Source of the DNA: Candidatus Iainarchaeum sp. | Lineage (GTDB): Archaea > Iainarchaeota > Iainarchaeia > Iainarchaeales > JAFCCW01 | DNA: 64,000 bases | NCBI GenBank assembly: GCA_017609985.1 | Contig: JAFCCW010000001.1 | Span: forward strand, 96,001-160,000 | Direction: 5' to 3' | Shown: in pieces, positions 54,421 to 64,000 of the stretch | Position numbering within the stretch: position 1 is the stretch's first letter | Layout of the letters: every line of letters begins with the position of its first letter | Notes under the pieces: generated by a model | The model's database searches: none | What the model was told of the DNA's origin: nothing | What the model saw: the letters and a program-made list of their open reading frames with translations, nothing else | Translations under genes and position numbers: made by a program

Positions 54421-55821
54421 TTACTTCTTCAAACTATTTAAATCAAGTTCCTTGAATTCTTCAAGAATTGAAACAACCTTCTTTCTAATTTCTGAGAGAT
54501 TCTCTTCACTGTCAGCTTCCATTCTCACTTTAATGTTTGGTGCTGTATTGCTTGCTCTGACAAGCGCCCAGCCGTTTTCAAAATTCATTCTTGCTCCGTC
54601 AATTCCAATAAAACTGATTTCTGCCTTAGTTAGTTTTTTCTTTATTTCTTCAATTATCTTGAATTTCGTGTCATCACTGCATTCAATTGAGTAGTCAGGA
54701 GTAGAAACCGGTTTTGGAAGAGAATCAATATATTGCGCAAAATCTTCTTTCTCGGAAGTGATTTCGGCAAGCTTGCAAGCAGCAAAAATCGCATCATCGA
54801 AAGGAAAGTATTCCTTCATAAAAAACACATGCCCGGTTGTTTCCCCCCCAAAAATCGCATTTTGTTTTTCTGATTCTGCAAGAATAAAAGGATAACCAGC
54901 TTCTGCAAGCACAATATTTGCTCCTTTTTTTATAAGATAGTTGATTACTGCTTGAGAAGTTCTTACTTCAAAAACAATGTTTTTTCCATTTTCCTTTTTC
55001 TTCTCCAGCGCGTTCTCTGAAAACAGCAAAAGCAGGTTGTCGAAAGAAACAAGCCTTCCTTGATTGTCCACAGCTCCGATTCTGTCAACATCTCCGTCAA
55101 ATCCTATTCCTAAATCAGCTTTTTCTTCCTTAACCTTATTCATTAAATCATCCATTGTTCCGTGAGTAAGAGCTTCATATGGGTCAGGAACATGATTTGG
55201 GAAAGAATCATCCAATTCAGTGAACAGTTCAATTACTTCACAGCCAAGTTTCCTGAAAACCAGACCCGGGATCTTTCCAGCAGTTCCATTTCCGCAATCA
55301 ACAACAATCTTAAGCTTTTTTTTCAGTTTAATCTTGCCAGAAACATATTCTACATAATCATTTATTATGTCTTTTTTTGAAATATTTCCTTTTTTCTCTG
55401 CTTTTTTCAGGTTTCCTGCCTGGATTATTTTCTTTATTTCCTCTTGTGGATTTAGTTCAGTGAAGGTTCTTGCGTATTTTCCCTTTAGTTTGAAGCCATT
55501 GTATTCTGAAGGGAGATGAGAACCAGTTATTTGGATGCAGCCATCTTTTTTCTGGCTTGCCGCAGTAAAGTAAACAAGAGGCGTTGGAGCAGTTCCTATA
55601 TCAATAACCTCTTTTCCCCCATCAACAAGGCCTTTTATTAGTGCTTCTTTAAGTTCTTTTCCTGATTTGCGTAGGTCTTTTCCTACAACAATTTCTTTTG
55701 AGTCTTTCATAAAATTCGCATATGCTAATCCGATAATTTCTGCCAGCTCTGGATTGATTTGCTGTGGGATTGTCCCTCTTATATCATATGCTCTGAAAAT
55801 ATTCCAATCTATCTTATACAT
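54421..55821 (-). CDS. Phosphomannomutase/phosphoglucomutase
   Basis: FRAYDIRG, TGSHLP, FDGDVDR, GETTGH, VRASNT. Confidence 0.95.
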   Translation of the reverse strand: MYKIDWNIFRAYDIRGTIPQQINPELAEIIGLAYANFMKDSKEIVVGKDLRKSGKELKEALIKGLVDGGKEVIDIGTAPTPLVYFTAASQKKDGCIQITGSHLPSEYNGFKLKGKYARTFTELNPQEEIKKIIQAGNLKKAEKKGNISKKDIINDYVEYVSGKIKLKKKLKIVVDCGNGTAGKIPGLVFRKLGCEVIELFTELDDSFPNHVPDPYEALTHGTMDDLMNKVKEEKADLGIGFDGDVDRIGAVDNQGRLVSFDNLLLLFSENALEKKKENGKNIVFEVRTSQAVINYLIKKGANIVLAEAGYPFILAESEKQNAIFGGETTGHVFFMKEYFPFDDAIFAACKLAEITSEKEDFAQYIDSLPKPVSTPDYSIECSDDTKFKIIEEIKKKLTKAEISFIGIDGARMNFENGWALVRASNTAPNIKVRMEADSEENLSEIRKKVVSILEEFKELDLNSLKK

Positions 55822-55825
55822 AATA

Positions 55826-56749
55826 TCATTTCCTCCAATTTTCCCTATAAACCTCTGCTGCTTCCTCTGGCAAAACCGAGTTTACTGAAACACCAGTCAT
55901 GAACTCAAAACCAGCCCAAGTCGCAAGGCGCGGAAGCAATTCAACATAACAATGAAATTCTCCTTTTTTTCGATTATGGAACAAAATATTGTAGGGTGCT
56001 CTTATTTTTGACATGGTTTTTGTGGATTTTTTAAGAATTTTTCCAAGCTCAAGAAATTCTTCTTCACTAAATTCCGTGAAAGAATTCTTATGTTCTTTTG
56101 GCACAATCATTAATTCATAACAAAATCTTGAAGCATATGGGGCCAGAGCAATAAATTTGTCTCCTTCAAAGACTATTCTTTCTTTTTTTTGCTTTTCTTG
56201 TTCCAAAGCACTGCATAGAGGGCATTTCTTGTTTTTTAATTTATATGATTCAAAAGCAGAATATTCCTCTTTTGCTGGTTTTGGGACGAATGAGAGAGCA
56301 ACAAGCTGGCTGTGCTCGTGGTGGAGCGAGGCACCACTTCCATTTCCTGAGTTTTTGAAGACTGCTACAAAAGAAATCCCTATTTTTTTTTCAAGACTAA
56401 TGCATCTTTTTGAAAGAAGAGACAAAATTGAAGCAATTTTTGCAGTTCCAAATTCATGAAATCTTTCCCCATGCGCTCTTGTTTCAACAACCACTTCGTG
56501 AAAGCCTCGCGCTTTGCTGTGAAGAGAAACTGTTGGAAACTTGTTTGGAAAAACTCTCATAATCCATTTTTCCTGCTCTTCAATTCTCTCTGTTTCTGGA
56601 GGAGTCATTGCCTCGTTTCCCGGGCAAAAAGGACAGTCACTGCTTTTTTCCACTGGTTTTGGTTCTTTCAGGTCTTTTGGTCTTTTTGTTCTTTTCCCAG
56701 CAATAACTACTTTTCTGGGCAGAAAGTAATGTTCTCTGAATTCAGGCAT
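55826..56749 (-). CDS. galT: Galactose-1-phosphate uridylyltransferase (GalT family)
   Basis: CPFCPGNE, PNKFP, HEVVVET, GASLHHEHSQ (HxHxQ), AGFE. Confidence 0.9.
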   Translation of the reverse strand: MPEFREHYFLPRKVVIAGKRTKRPKDLKEPKPVEKSSDCPFCPGNEAMTPPETERIEEQEKWIMRVFPNKFPTVSLHSKARGFHEVVVETRAHGERFHEFGTAKIASILSLLSKRCISLEKKIGISFVAVFKNSGNGSGASLHHEHSQLVALSFVPKPAKEEYSAFESYKLKNKKCPLCSALEQEKQKKERIVFEGDKFIALAPYASRFCYELMIVPKEHKNSFTEFSEEEFLELGKILKKSTKTMSKIRAPYNILFHNRKKGEFHCYVELLPRLATWAGFEFMTGVSVNSVLPEEAAEVYRENWRK

Positions 56750-56842
56750 AGAAAAGATAATGCTGGAAGGGAATTTAAATATAGAGTTGCGGAAACTGCA
56801 CCACAGAGAAACAAATTTAAATAACTCTTGCCTTATTCCTGC

Positions 56843-57781
56843 ATGGACATTATTTGCATTGGAAACGCTACAAGAGATGTTTTTGTACACCTTAGACAAG
56901 GACACAAATGCAGTAACAAAGTGCTCTGTCTTGAAGAGGGAAGCAAGCAGGAAGTTGACAAAATAAAATACGACACTGGAGGAGGGGCAGTTAATTCTGC
57001 TGTTGCTTTGTCACGTCTTGGCCTGAAAACAGGAATTCTTGCAGCTGTTGGAAGAGATGATTCTGGGAAAGCAATAATTCAAGAACTCAGGAAGGAAAAG
57101 ATTTCAACAGCTCTTCTAAAGAAGTTGGACTACAGCACAGCCTATTCTGCAATAGTTACTGGAAAAGGGTTTGACAGAATTATTTTTACTTATGGGGGAG
57201 CAACATCTCATTTGGAAGCACTCTCTGCTTCTGACTGGAAATTGCTTGAGAAAGCAGACTGGTTTCACGTAAGCTCTTTTCATTCAAGACCAAAGCTGTT
57301 AAGCGAAATTTTTTCTTTTGCAAAAAAGAAAAAAAAGAAAATTTCATTCAATCCAGGCAGAAGCGAGCTTGCATTTGGATTTGAAAAATTAAAACCATTG
57401 ATTTCAAAGTCAGATGTATTTTTTGTGAATTTAGCAGAGGCAAGAATGCTTCTTGGAAAAAAATCAGTCAAGGAAATGCTGGAAATATTCCAACAATACT
57501 CTTCAATAACAGTAATTACTGCTGGAAAAAAAGGAGTGCATTGCTTTGACGGAAAAAAGCATTTCTTCAAGAACACATATTCCATTGGAGAAGTTGATAC
57601 AACTGGTGCAGGAGACGCATTCAACTCTGGTTTCACTGCAGCGCTAGTTTTTGAAAAAGAAATTGAAGACGCGATGAGCTGGGGAATGGCTGAAGCTCAA
57701 AGTGTAATAGAACATCTTGGAGCAAAAGAAAAACTTCTCTCAAGAAACAGTTTGCTAAAATATATCAAGCAGCACGAGTGA
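56843..57781 (+). CDS. PfkB-family carbohydrate kinase
   Basis: GGGAVNSAVALSRLG, FNPG, DTTGAGDAF. Confidence 0.92.
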   Translation: MDIICIGNATRDVFVHLRQGHKCSNKVLCLEEGSKQEVDKIKYDTGGGAVNSAVALSRLGLKTGILAAVGRDDSGKAIIQELRKEKISTALLKKLDYSTAYSAIVTGKGFDRIIFTYGGATSHLEALSASDWKLLEKADWFHVSSFHSRPKLLSEIFSFAKKKKKKISFNPGRSELAFGFEKLKPLISKSDVFFVNLAEARMLLGKKSVKEMLEIFQQYSSITVITAGKKGVHCFDGKKHFFKNTYSIGEVDTTGAGDAFNSGFTAALVFEKEIEDAMSWGMAEAQSVIEHLGAKEKLLSRNSLLKYIKQHE

Positions 57782-57876
57782 ATTTTTACGAGTTTTATGG
57801 GTGAGTTCTTTTTTGTGTTTATATGTAAAGATAGCTTTAAATAATACAAAGATATTTTATTGTTCGAGGCAAAAAA

Positions 57877-60800
57877 ATGGCAAAAGACTACTTAAAGGAC
57901 CTTATGAAAAAGGTTAAGGAAAAAAAAGAAGAAGAGGCAGAGCCCTCTGAAAAGCAAGACAAACAAGCACGTGTTTCTTCACCCAACTCTGGTTCTGAAG
58001 CTGAGCAAGTAAAAGAAGAGCTTGCTAAAAAAATGAAAATACTTTCCTCTCCTTCAAAAGACACTGAAACACCAGCCCCGGACGCAAGCCTTAAAGCGCC
58101 AACAATTGAACCAGAAGCTGAATCAGCACAGTCTCTGGAAGAAACAGTTGTTCCTGACAAAAGCGAAGTTGAAAAAGAAATAGAAGAAGCTCCCAAAAAA
58201 ATAGAAATTGCTTCATATGGAAAAGTTAAGATTTTTAAGATTCCAGGCAAGGAAATGCTTTACTACTATGTTCCAGTGCCGCGCCCAACCCGGGCTGAAA
58301 GAAACGTAATCAACACAATCAAAGAAGCAGCAACAAGACTGATAAGTATTGCGCCCTACAAGATACGCGATCCAGACCAGAGAAGAGTTGTTTACAGACA
58401 AAAAATAATTGAAATCCTTAAGGCTTCACCAGAACTTCACATCCCCCAGCACAGGTTTGAATTTTATGCAGAATCTGTTGTGCGAGAAATGGTTGGATAT
58501 GGATTAATTGATTCTCTTGTAAGCGATGACAGGCTTGAAGAAATAATGGTTATCGGTCCTGGAAAACCAGTTTACATTTTTCACAGAGATTACGAAATGA
58601 TGGCTTCAAACATTGAATTCTTTTCCGAAGACGAAGTACAAGATTTGATTAACAGAATAGCAAGGCAGATAGGGAGAAGAGTTGACATTAGTTCGCCGCT
58701 TCTTGATTCTCGTCTGCCGGATGGAAGCAGAGTAAACGCAACTATTCCTCCTGCTTCAGTAAGCGGTTCTACTTTGACAATCAGAAAATTCAGAGCAGAT
58801 CCCTACTCCATGATTGACTTAATTAACATGGGTTCTCTTGGAACAGAGCTTGCTGCTTTTCTCTGGATGGCTGTAGAGGGACTGGGGGCAAGACCAGCAA
58901 ATATTCTCATAGCTGGCGGAACCGGGAGTGGAAAAACAACCACGCTTAATGTTCTCGCATCATTTATTTCCGCAAGCGAAAGGATAGTTACGATTGAGGA
59001 CACAGCTGAACTCAATCTTCCAATGCAGCACTGGATTAGAATGGAAGCAAGGCCACCTGGGCTTGAAGGAAAAGGAGAGTTAACACTTGACATTCTCACA
59101 AAAAATTCTTTAAGAATGAGACCTGACAGGATAATTGTCGGAGAAGTAAGACATGACGAAGCATTTTCTCTGTTCACTGCAATGAATACAGGTCATGACG
59201 GAGCATTGACTAGCGATTCCTTAATTCAGCTTTCAGATGGCAACCTAGTTGAAATAGGGGAAATAGTTGAAAAGTCTTTTTCCCAAAAAAAGCCAACTTC
59301 AGAAAATGAATTTGAATTTGTTGAATTGTCAGAAAAAATAAAAGTTCCTTCCCTGAACAAGAAATCACTCAAGATTGAGCACAAGAACATTACTCATTGC
59401 TGGAGAAAAAAAACAAAAGAAAATATGATTAGAATAAAATTAAGAAGTGGAAAAGAAATTTGTCTCACAAAAGACCACCCGGTTTACAAAATTTTTAACG
59501 GAATTCAGGAAATAAACTCTTGCGATGCAAAAAAGGGAGACTATCTTGCAATTCCGAAGAAAATCTCTGTTGAATCAAAAGCAGAAGTTCCAATCCCATA
59601 TCTTGTGGGGATGGTTCTTGGAGACGGGCATTTAAGGCACGGTCTTGTTGAATTTGTCAATACTGAAGATTCTTTGATTGATGCATTTTGCAATGAAATT
59701 TCTCCGTTAACAAACAATAAGGTTTCAGTAAAAGATTATGGTAATTTTTCACGAGTAAAAGTAAACGATACAAAATTGTCTAAAGAATTAAACAAAAAAT
59801 ATTCTATTCCTTTTGGCAATAAAACAAAAAAATTTAAGATTGACAAAAAATTGTTAAAATCAACAAATGAAACAATTTCAGATGCTGTTAAAGCATTGTT
59901 TGATTGCGAAGCTCATGTGAACACAAAAGCAAATTGTATTCAGTTCTCAACAGCAAACAAGGATCTTGCTTTAAAAGTGCCACTTATTCTTATGCGATTT
60001 GGAATTCATTCTTCTTTCTATTCTCAAGAAAAAGATGGAAAAGGAAACAAAGGACCCTATTATTGGATTTCAATTTATGGGAGAGACAATTTGGAAAAAT
60101 TTAGAAAACATATTTGTTTCAGACATGAAAAGAAGAAAACCAAGCTTAATGAATTAATCAAAAAGTCAAAGAATGGTCTTGATTTGTTTCCGAATATTTC
60201 AAATATAATGCGAGATGCGAGAATTGAAAACAGAATTACTCAAAAAGAACTAAGCAGTCTTTTGGGAACGCAAACACGAAGTACTGTTCAATCTTATGAA
60301 ACAAAAGCTAGAGCACCATCTAGAAAAAAACTTAAACAGATTGCGGGAATGCTCTCAGGAGAAACAGCCATGCAATTAAACTTGTTGTCTGATTCAGAAA
60401 CATGTTTTGAAGAGATTGTTTCAATTGAAGAAGAAAAATTTGAAGGTTATGTGTATGATTTAACTGTTGAAGACAATCACAACTATATTGCAAACGGATT
60501 TATAGTCTCAAATTGTCTGGGAACAGTCCATGCAAACTCGCCGCAGGAAACAATCATAAGAGTTACAAATCCTCCAATGAATGTTCCTGAAGTAATGATG
60601 TCCGGTCTTGATTTAATAATTATCCAGCACAGACTTCACTCCAAAAAGCAGGGAACAATAAGGCGCTTTACTGAAGTTGCAGAGGTTTCAGGAGTGCTGG
60701 AAGGCAAGACTCAGACTCAAACACTTTTTGACAGAGACCCGGTTGCAGACGATATTGTGAGAACAAATATTCCCAGCAATTACCTCAGAAAACTTCAAAA

Positions 60801-60948
60801 CTTCACTGGAATGACAAAAAAGCAGATTGAAAAAGAATTAAGCGAAAGGGAAAGGTTTTTATCTATGCTCGCTAAAAAAGAAATAAGGTCTCTTGAAGAA
60901 GTCTCAAGAATGTGCGGAGAATTTCTAACAGAGAGGAAGGGAGAATAA
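57877..60948 (+). CDS. TadA/CpaF/KlbA pilus assembly ATPase containing an intein
   Basis: LPDGSRVNA, GGTGSGKTT, TIEDTAEL, LRMRPDRIIVGEVR, NTGHDG|intein|CLGTVHANS. Confidence 0.95.
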   Translation: MAKDYLKDLMKKVKEKKEEEAEPSEKQDKQARVSSPNSGSEAEQVKEELAKKMKILSSPSKDTETPAPDASLKAPTIEPEAESAQSLEETVVPDKSEVEKEIEEAPKKIEIASYGKVKIFKIPGKEMLYYYVPVPRPTRAERNVINTIKEAATRLISIAPYKIRDPDQRRVVYRQKIIEILKASPELHIPQHRFEFYAESVVREMVGYGLIDSLVSDDRLEEIMVIGPGKPVYIFHRDYEMMASNIEFFSEDEVQDLINRIARQIGRRVDISSPLLDSRLPDGSRVNATIPPASVSGSTLTIRKFRADPYSMIDLINMGSLGTELAAFLWMAVEGLGARPANILIAGGTGSGKTTTLNVLASFISASERIVTIEDTAELNLPMQHWIRMEARPPGLEGKGELTLDILTKNSLRMRPDRIIVGEVRHDEAFSLFTAMNTGHDGALTSDSLIQLSDGNLVEIGEIVEKSFSQKKPTSENEFEFVELSEKIKVPSLNKKSLKIEHKNITHCWRKKTKENMIRIKLRSGKEICLTKDHPVYKIFNGIQEINSCDAKKGDYLAIPKKISVESKAEVPIPYLVGMVLGDGHLRHGLVEFVNTEDSLIDAFCNEISPLTNNKVSVKDYGNFSRVKVNDTKLSKELNKKYSIPFGNKTKKFKIDKKLLKSTNETISDAVKALFDCEAHVNTKANCIQFSTANKDLALKVPLILMRFGIHSSFYSQEKDGKGNKGPYYWISIYGRDNLEKFRKHICFRHEKKKTKLNELIKKSKNGLDLFPNISNIMRDARIENRITQKELSSLLGTQTRSTVQSYETKARAPSRKKLKQIAGMLSGETAMQLNLLSDSETCFEEIVSIEEEKFEGYVYDLTVEDNHNYIANGFIVSNCLGTVHANSPQETIIRVTNPPMNVPEVMMSGLDLIIIQHRLHSKKQGTIRRFTEVAEVSGVLEGKTQTQTLFDRDPVADDIVRTNIPSNYLRKLQNFTGMTKKQIEKELSERERFLSMLAKKEIRSLEEVSRMCGEFLTERKGE
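59203..60513 (+). mobile_element. KlbA-type intein (Ala1, ends Ser-Asn, Cys+1) with LAGLIDADG endonuclease and an XRE-HTH insert, 437 aa
   Basis: ALTSDS start, TKDHP block B, LVGMVLGDG, VYDLTVEDNHNYIANGFIVSN/C. Confidence 0.93.
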
Positions 60949-62087
60949 TGTCTGACTTAAATTTTCTCAAAAAGAAAAAGAAAAAGTTTTCTTCAGTGGA
61001 AAGTGTCGACATGGAACAGGTTGATGACATAGTCAAAAAGATGAAGCAAAAATACAGAGACCAAGGAGTAGAGTTTGAAGAAGTTGGCGGCAGGCTAAGA
61101 GAGTTAAGGGGAATAATTGCTGATGGAAAAGCAGCAGAACTTCAGGTTCAAAGAGTAGAGGACTTAAAAGAATTCAAAAATCCATTAGTAAAAAATCTTG
61201 GTTCACTTTATCTAAAAATCAGATCCGTCAGCGAACCAATCTCAAACTTTTTGAGAAAATTGCCAGGAGTCAGAGAAATAGATTATTATCTTTACTCAGC
61301 AAACATGCATTATTCAGTCAATCAATATCTTGCAATAACAACTGCTGCTGCACTGGTTATAACCGTGCTTGGATTTATTGGACTGGCACTTCTTTTAGCA
61401 GTTGCAGGAGTAGACTTGATAACAGCCGCAATTCTTTTGCCATTGTTTACTTTCTTTGTATTTGTTTTGTCTGCAGCAATAGTCCTGCTTATTCCCAGAC
61501 GAAACGCAAAAACAAGAGGAGATCTTGTAAGCAGGGAATTGCCGTTTGCATTAAGGCACATGGCAACAGAACTCAAATCAGGAATAGGTCTTTACAGAAC
61601 AATTCAAGCAATAGCTTCTGCCGGATATGGTCCTTTGTCAGAAGAGTTTGCTGGAATGATTACTGAAGTGGAAGAGGGAACTGACACAAAACTTGCGTTA
61701 AGGCATCTTGCACTAAAAACACAGTCAATGGCTTTGAGAAATGCGTTACTGCACATAATCAGGGCAATGAAAACAGGAGGAAATCTCTCAGAAGTGATGA
61801 ATGAAATTGCAGAAGATGTTTCATTTGAACTCAGAATGAAGATGCGGGAATTTTCTCAAAAGATGAACTTCTTTGGAGTGCTCTATATTTTTATTGCAAT
61901 TGTTATGCCAGTCATGCTTGCAGTGCTTGGGGGAATTAGAAATTCTCCAGTTGGAACAAGCGGAATATCAATGTTTTCTGCACTGCCTTTGACACTCGAT
62001 GTTCTTGCAGTGCTCTTCCTATTCTTGCTTCCGCTCGTGTTTATATTGCTAATTGCATATTTGATGATGGCTCAGCCAAAGGTTTAG
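60948..62087 (+). CDS. Type II secretion system F / TadB-TadC platform protein
   Basis: ELPFALRHMATELKSG, YGPLSEEF, GGNLSEV. Confidence 0.92.
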   Translation: MSDLNFLKKKKKKFSSVESVDMEQVDDIVKKMKQKYRDQGVEFEEVGGRLRELRGIIADGKAAELQVQRVEDLKEFKNPLVKNLGSLYLKIRSVSEPISNFLRKLPGVREIDYYLYSANMHYSVNQYLAITTAAALVITVLGFIGLALLLAVAGVDLITAAILLPLFTFFVFVLSAAIVLLIPRRNAKTRGDLVSRELPFALRHMATELKSGIGLYRTIQAIASAGYGPLSEEFAGMITEVEEGTDTKLALRHLALKTQSMALRNALLHIIRAMKTGGNLSEVMNEIAEDVSFELRMKMREFSQKMNFFGVLYIFIAIVMPVMLAVLGGIRNSPVGTSGISMFSALPLTLDVLAVLFLFLLPLVFILLIAYLMMAQPKV

Positions 62088-62095
62088 GTGAAAAA

Positions 62096-63034
62096 ATGAA
62101 AAAAGAAATCAGACCATTAAATTTGCTGGAAAAATACAACAGGATTCTTGACCAAGCAGACATGAAGGCAAAAGCTGAACACTGGATTTTTGGTTCACTA
62201 GCAATATCAGTTGCTCTTGGCTTGGTTACATTTCTGATACTTTTCGCACTAAACACAGTAGTGTCCCCGTTTATGGGGTTAGTTATTTTTATTGCTGTTC
62301 TTGACCTGTCTCTTGGATATCCTTATCTCAGAGCAGAAGCCAGAATTGACAAAATTGAAGCAGCTCTGCCTGACACACTAAAGCAAATTGCTGACACTCT
62401 AAAGGCGGGGGGAACATATGAATTTGCTCTAAGAGAAGTTGCAATTTCACAGTATGGTCCTCTCTCTGACGAAATGAACAATGTGCTTAGAAAGCTAGAG
62501 GAAGGAGAAAATCTTGAAAACTCTCTTAGAACACTTTCAGACAATATTGATTCAAGAATAGTTAAGAGAAGCATGGAAATAATTATTGACTCAATCAAAG
62601 CAGGAGCAGGACTCGCAGATGTGCTTGACTCTATTGCAGACGATGTAAGTGCAATGCACCAGATAAAGAGGGGGAGAAAAGCACAGACACTAATGCAGTT
62701 TTTGTTTTTGCTTCTAGCAGGAGCAGCAGTTGCTCCGGCAATAATTGGGCTTGTCACGACTGTTATTTCCCTGTTCATAAAAAGTGCTTCAACAGGATTC
62801 ATGGGTGGAGAAGAAGCAGTCAAGCAAGCTCTTGAATCAAGGGATATTATGGCATTGCTAATGCAAGTATACTTGTTTATTGAAATTATTGCAACAGGAG
62901 TAATGATTTCCCTGATGAGGACAGGAAAGATAACCAAAAGTATTTTATATATCCCAATACTACTATTAATCGCTTATATATCTTACTATGGAGCATTAAT
63001 ACTTTCCTCTATCGCAGTTGGAGGGGTTATATAA
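62096..63034 (+). CDS. Second TadB-TadC platform protein
   Basis: IEAALPDTL, YGPLSDEM, GAGLADVL. Confidence 0.92.
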   Translation: MKKEIRPLNLLEKYNRILDQADMKAKAEHWIFGSLAISVALGLVTFLILFALNTVVSPFMGLVIFIAVLDLSLGYPYLRAEARIDKIEAALPDTLKQIADTLKAGGTYEFALREVAISQYGPLSDEMNNVLRKLEEGENLENSLRTLSDNIDSRIVKRSMEIIIDSIKAGAGLADVLDSIADDVSAMHQIKRGRKAQTLMQFLFLLLAGAAVAPAIIGLVTTVISLFIKSASTGFMGGEEAVKQALESRDIMALLMQVYLFIEIIATGVMISLMRTGKITKSILYIPILLLIAYISYYGALILSSIAVGGVI

Positions 63035-63195
63035 TGGATGAAAAAGGACAGGCATCAACAGAAGTATTAATCCTGATAGCAGGAGCAGTTGTTGCAGCAA
63101 TCGCTGTCGGACTGTATCTGAAAGAAGCTTCAAAAACAATTGAAACTCAGGCACACAATGTTTCTGCTAACATAGTAAATGACTTAGGTAATTGA
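63034..63195 (+). CDS. Class III signal peptide pilin 1, not in the ORF track
   Basis: MDEKG/QASTE followed by a hydrophobic stretch. Confidence 0.85.
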   Translation: MDEKGQASTEVLILIAGAVVAAIAVGLYLKEASKTIETQAHNVSANIVNDLGN

Positions 63196-63221
63196 ATACG
63201 TTAATACGGAGGTATGATAAA

Positions 63222-63398
63222 ATGGATGAAAAAGGACAAGGAGCATTAGAATACTTGCTATTAATTGCAGGAGCAGTATTAGTCGCAGCAGTCGTAATAT
63301 ACTTGTTGAGTACAATGGCTGGAGAAGGAAAAGAGGCTTCAACTAATAGTCTTAATACTGCAACCGGTGGATTGGAAAGCATAAAAAATAATATTTAA
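63222..63398 (+). CDS. Class III signal peptide pilin 2
   Basis: MDEKG/QGALEYLLL; GGAGGT SD. Confidence 0.9.
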   Translation: MDEKGQGALEYLLLIAGAVLVAAVVIYLLSTMAGEGKEASTNSLNTATGGLESIKNNI

Positions 63399-63419
63399 TT
63401 GTGTTTCATTGGTGTAAAA

Positions 63420-63590
63420 ATGGATGAAAAAGGACAAGGTGCAATAGAGTATCTCTTGCTGATTGCCGCAGCAGTGCTTGTAGCAGCAGTAGTAATCTAC
63501 ACAATGGCAAACATTCTTGCGCCGACAAAAAATACAATCAATGAAGAGCTCAATCACGGGCTTGGGCATTTTACTACTGGTTCGCCATAA
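63420..63590 (+). CDS. Class III signal peptide pilin 3
   Basis: MDEKG/QGAIEYLLL. Confidence 0.9.
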   Translation: MDEKGQGAIEYLLLIAAAVLVAAVVIYTMANILAPTKNTINEELNHGLGHFTTGSP

Positions 63591-63599
63591 GGGATTGCA

Positions 63600-63770
63600 A
63601 TGGATGAAAAAGGGCAAGTAAGTTTTGAATACCTCCTCACTGTTCTCTTTGGAATAGTGCTGGCTTTTGCAGCATTCTTGCTTGCCCAATACGTCTTTGT
63701 GCTTTCAGGAATTGCTCAGGTCAAGGTTTCAAATGCAAGTACTGACGCGATTTCAACAATGATGGGATAG
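63600..63770 (+). CDS. Class III signal peptide pilin 4, not in the ORF track
   Basis: MDEKG/QVSFEYLL. Confidence 0.85.
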   Translation: MDEKGQVSFEYLLTVLFGIVLAFAAFLLAQYVFVLSGIAQVKVSNASTDAISTMMG

Positions 63771-64000
63771 GTGATTAAAATATCCCAACAGCTTCTTTTT
63801 TTCGAAATTGCTTATTTTTCTCTTGTGTTTACGGGAATCGCAATAGCAACCTTCACAGACCTTAAAGAGAGAATAATTCCAAACAAGCTGACCTATTCAA
63901 TGATTGCAGTGGGTTTGCTTTTGCATCTTGCAGAATCAATTTTGCTTCAAAATTTTAATCCGATTCTGTTCAGTGCAATAATAACTGTTGCAACTTTTGG
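63771..64000 (+). CDS. Prepilin peptidase A24 family (5' part, runs off the window)
   Basis: TFTDLKERIIPNKLT motif after the first TM segment. Confidence 0.85.
   Translation, partial: MIKISQQLLFFEIAYFSLVFTGIAIATFTDLKERIIPNKLTYSMIAVGLLLHLAESILLQNFNPILFSAIITVATF

Overview
This is archaeal chromosomal DNA. The gene set (TFE, aTrm56, Taw1, class I LysRS, archaeal TPI, archaeal-type SRP RNA, class III pilins), the compact layout and many basic orphan ORFs suggest a DPANN lineage such as Iainarchaeota/Diapherotrites; that placement is inference. From left to right: (1) an SRP RNA that appears to lack helix 6; a translation/stress locus with an HPF-like protein, tpiA, a long bacterial-type RelA/SpoT homologue with a degenerate hydrolase domain, a KaiC-like ATPase, LysRS, two histone-H1-like Lys-rich proteins, SerRS and four tRNAs. 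(2) A sharp strand-composition inversion at about 11.3-11.45 kb, flanked by a wHTH gene with phased repeats, a PRC-barrel gene and xerA (candidate origin or terminus). (3) coaBC and a complete Aeropyrum-type mevalonate pathway in one operon, with two IDI1-like Nudix genes. (4) Mixed housekeeping and orphan genes, including a geranylgeranyl reductase with an in-frame deletion. (5) A group 4 membrane-bound [NiFe]-hydrogenase locus with an unusual maturation set (His-less HypC, a DUF6390-like protein carrying a HypC-like domain, EamA, HypA, HycI; no HypB/D/E/F in the window), interrupted by a decaying ars island. (6) A sugar-phosphate/glycolysis cluster. (7) A Tad/type IV pilus locus with an Ala1 KlbA-type intein and four tandem pilins. 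No CRISPR array, rRNA or IS element was seen. All family assignments come from motif recognition by eye, not from database searches.
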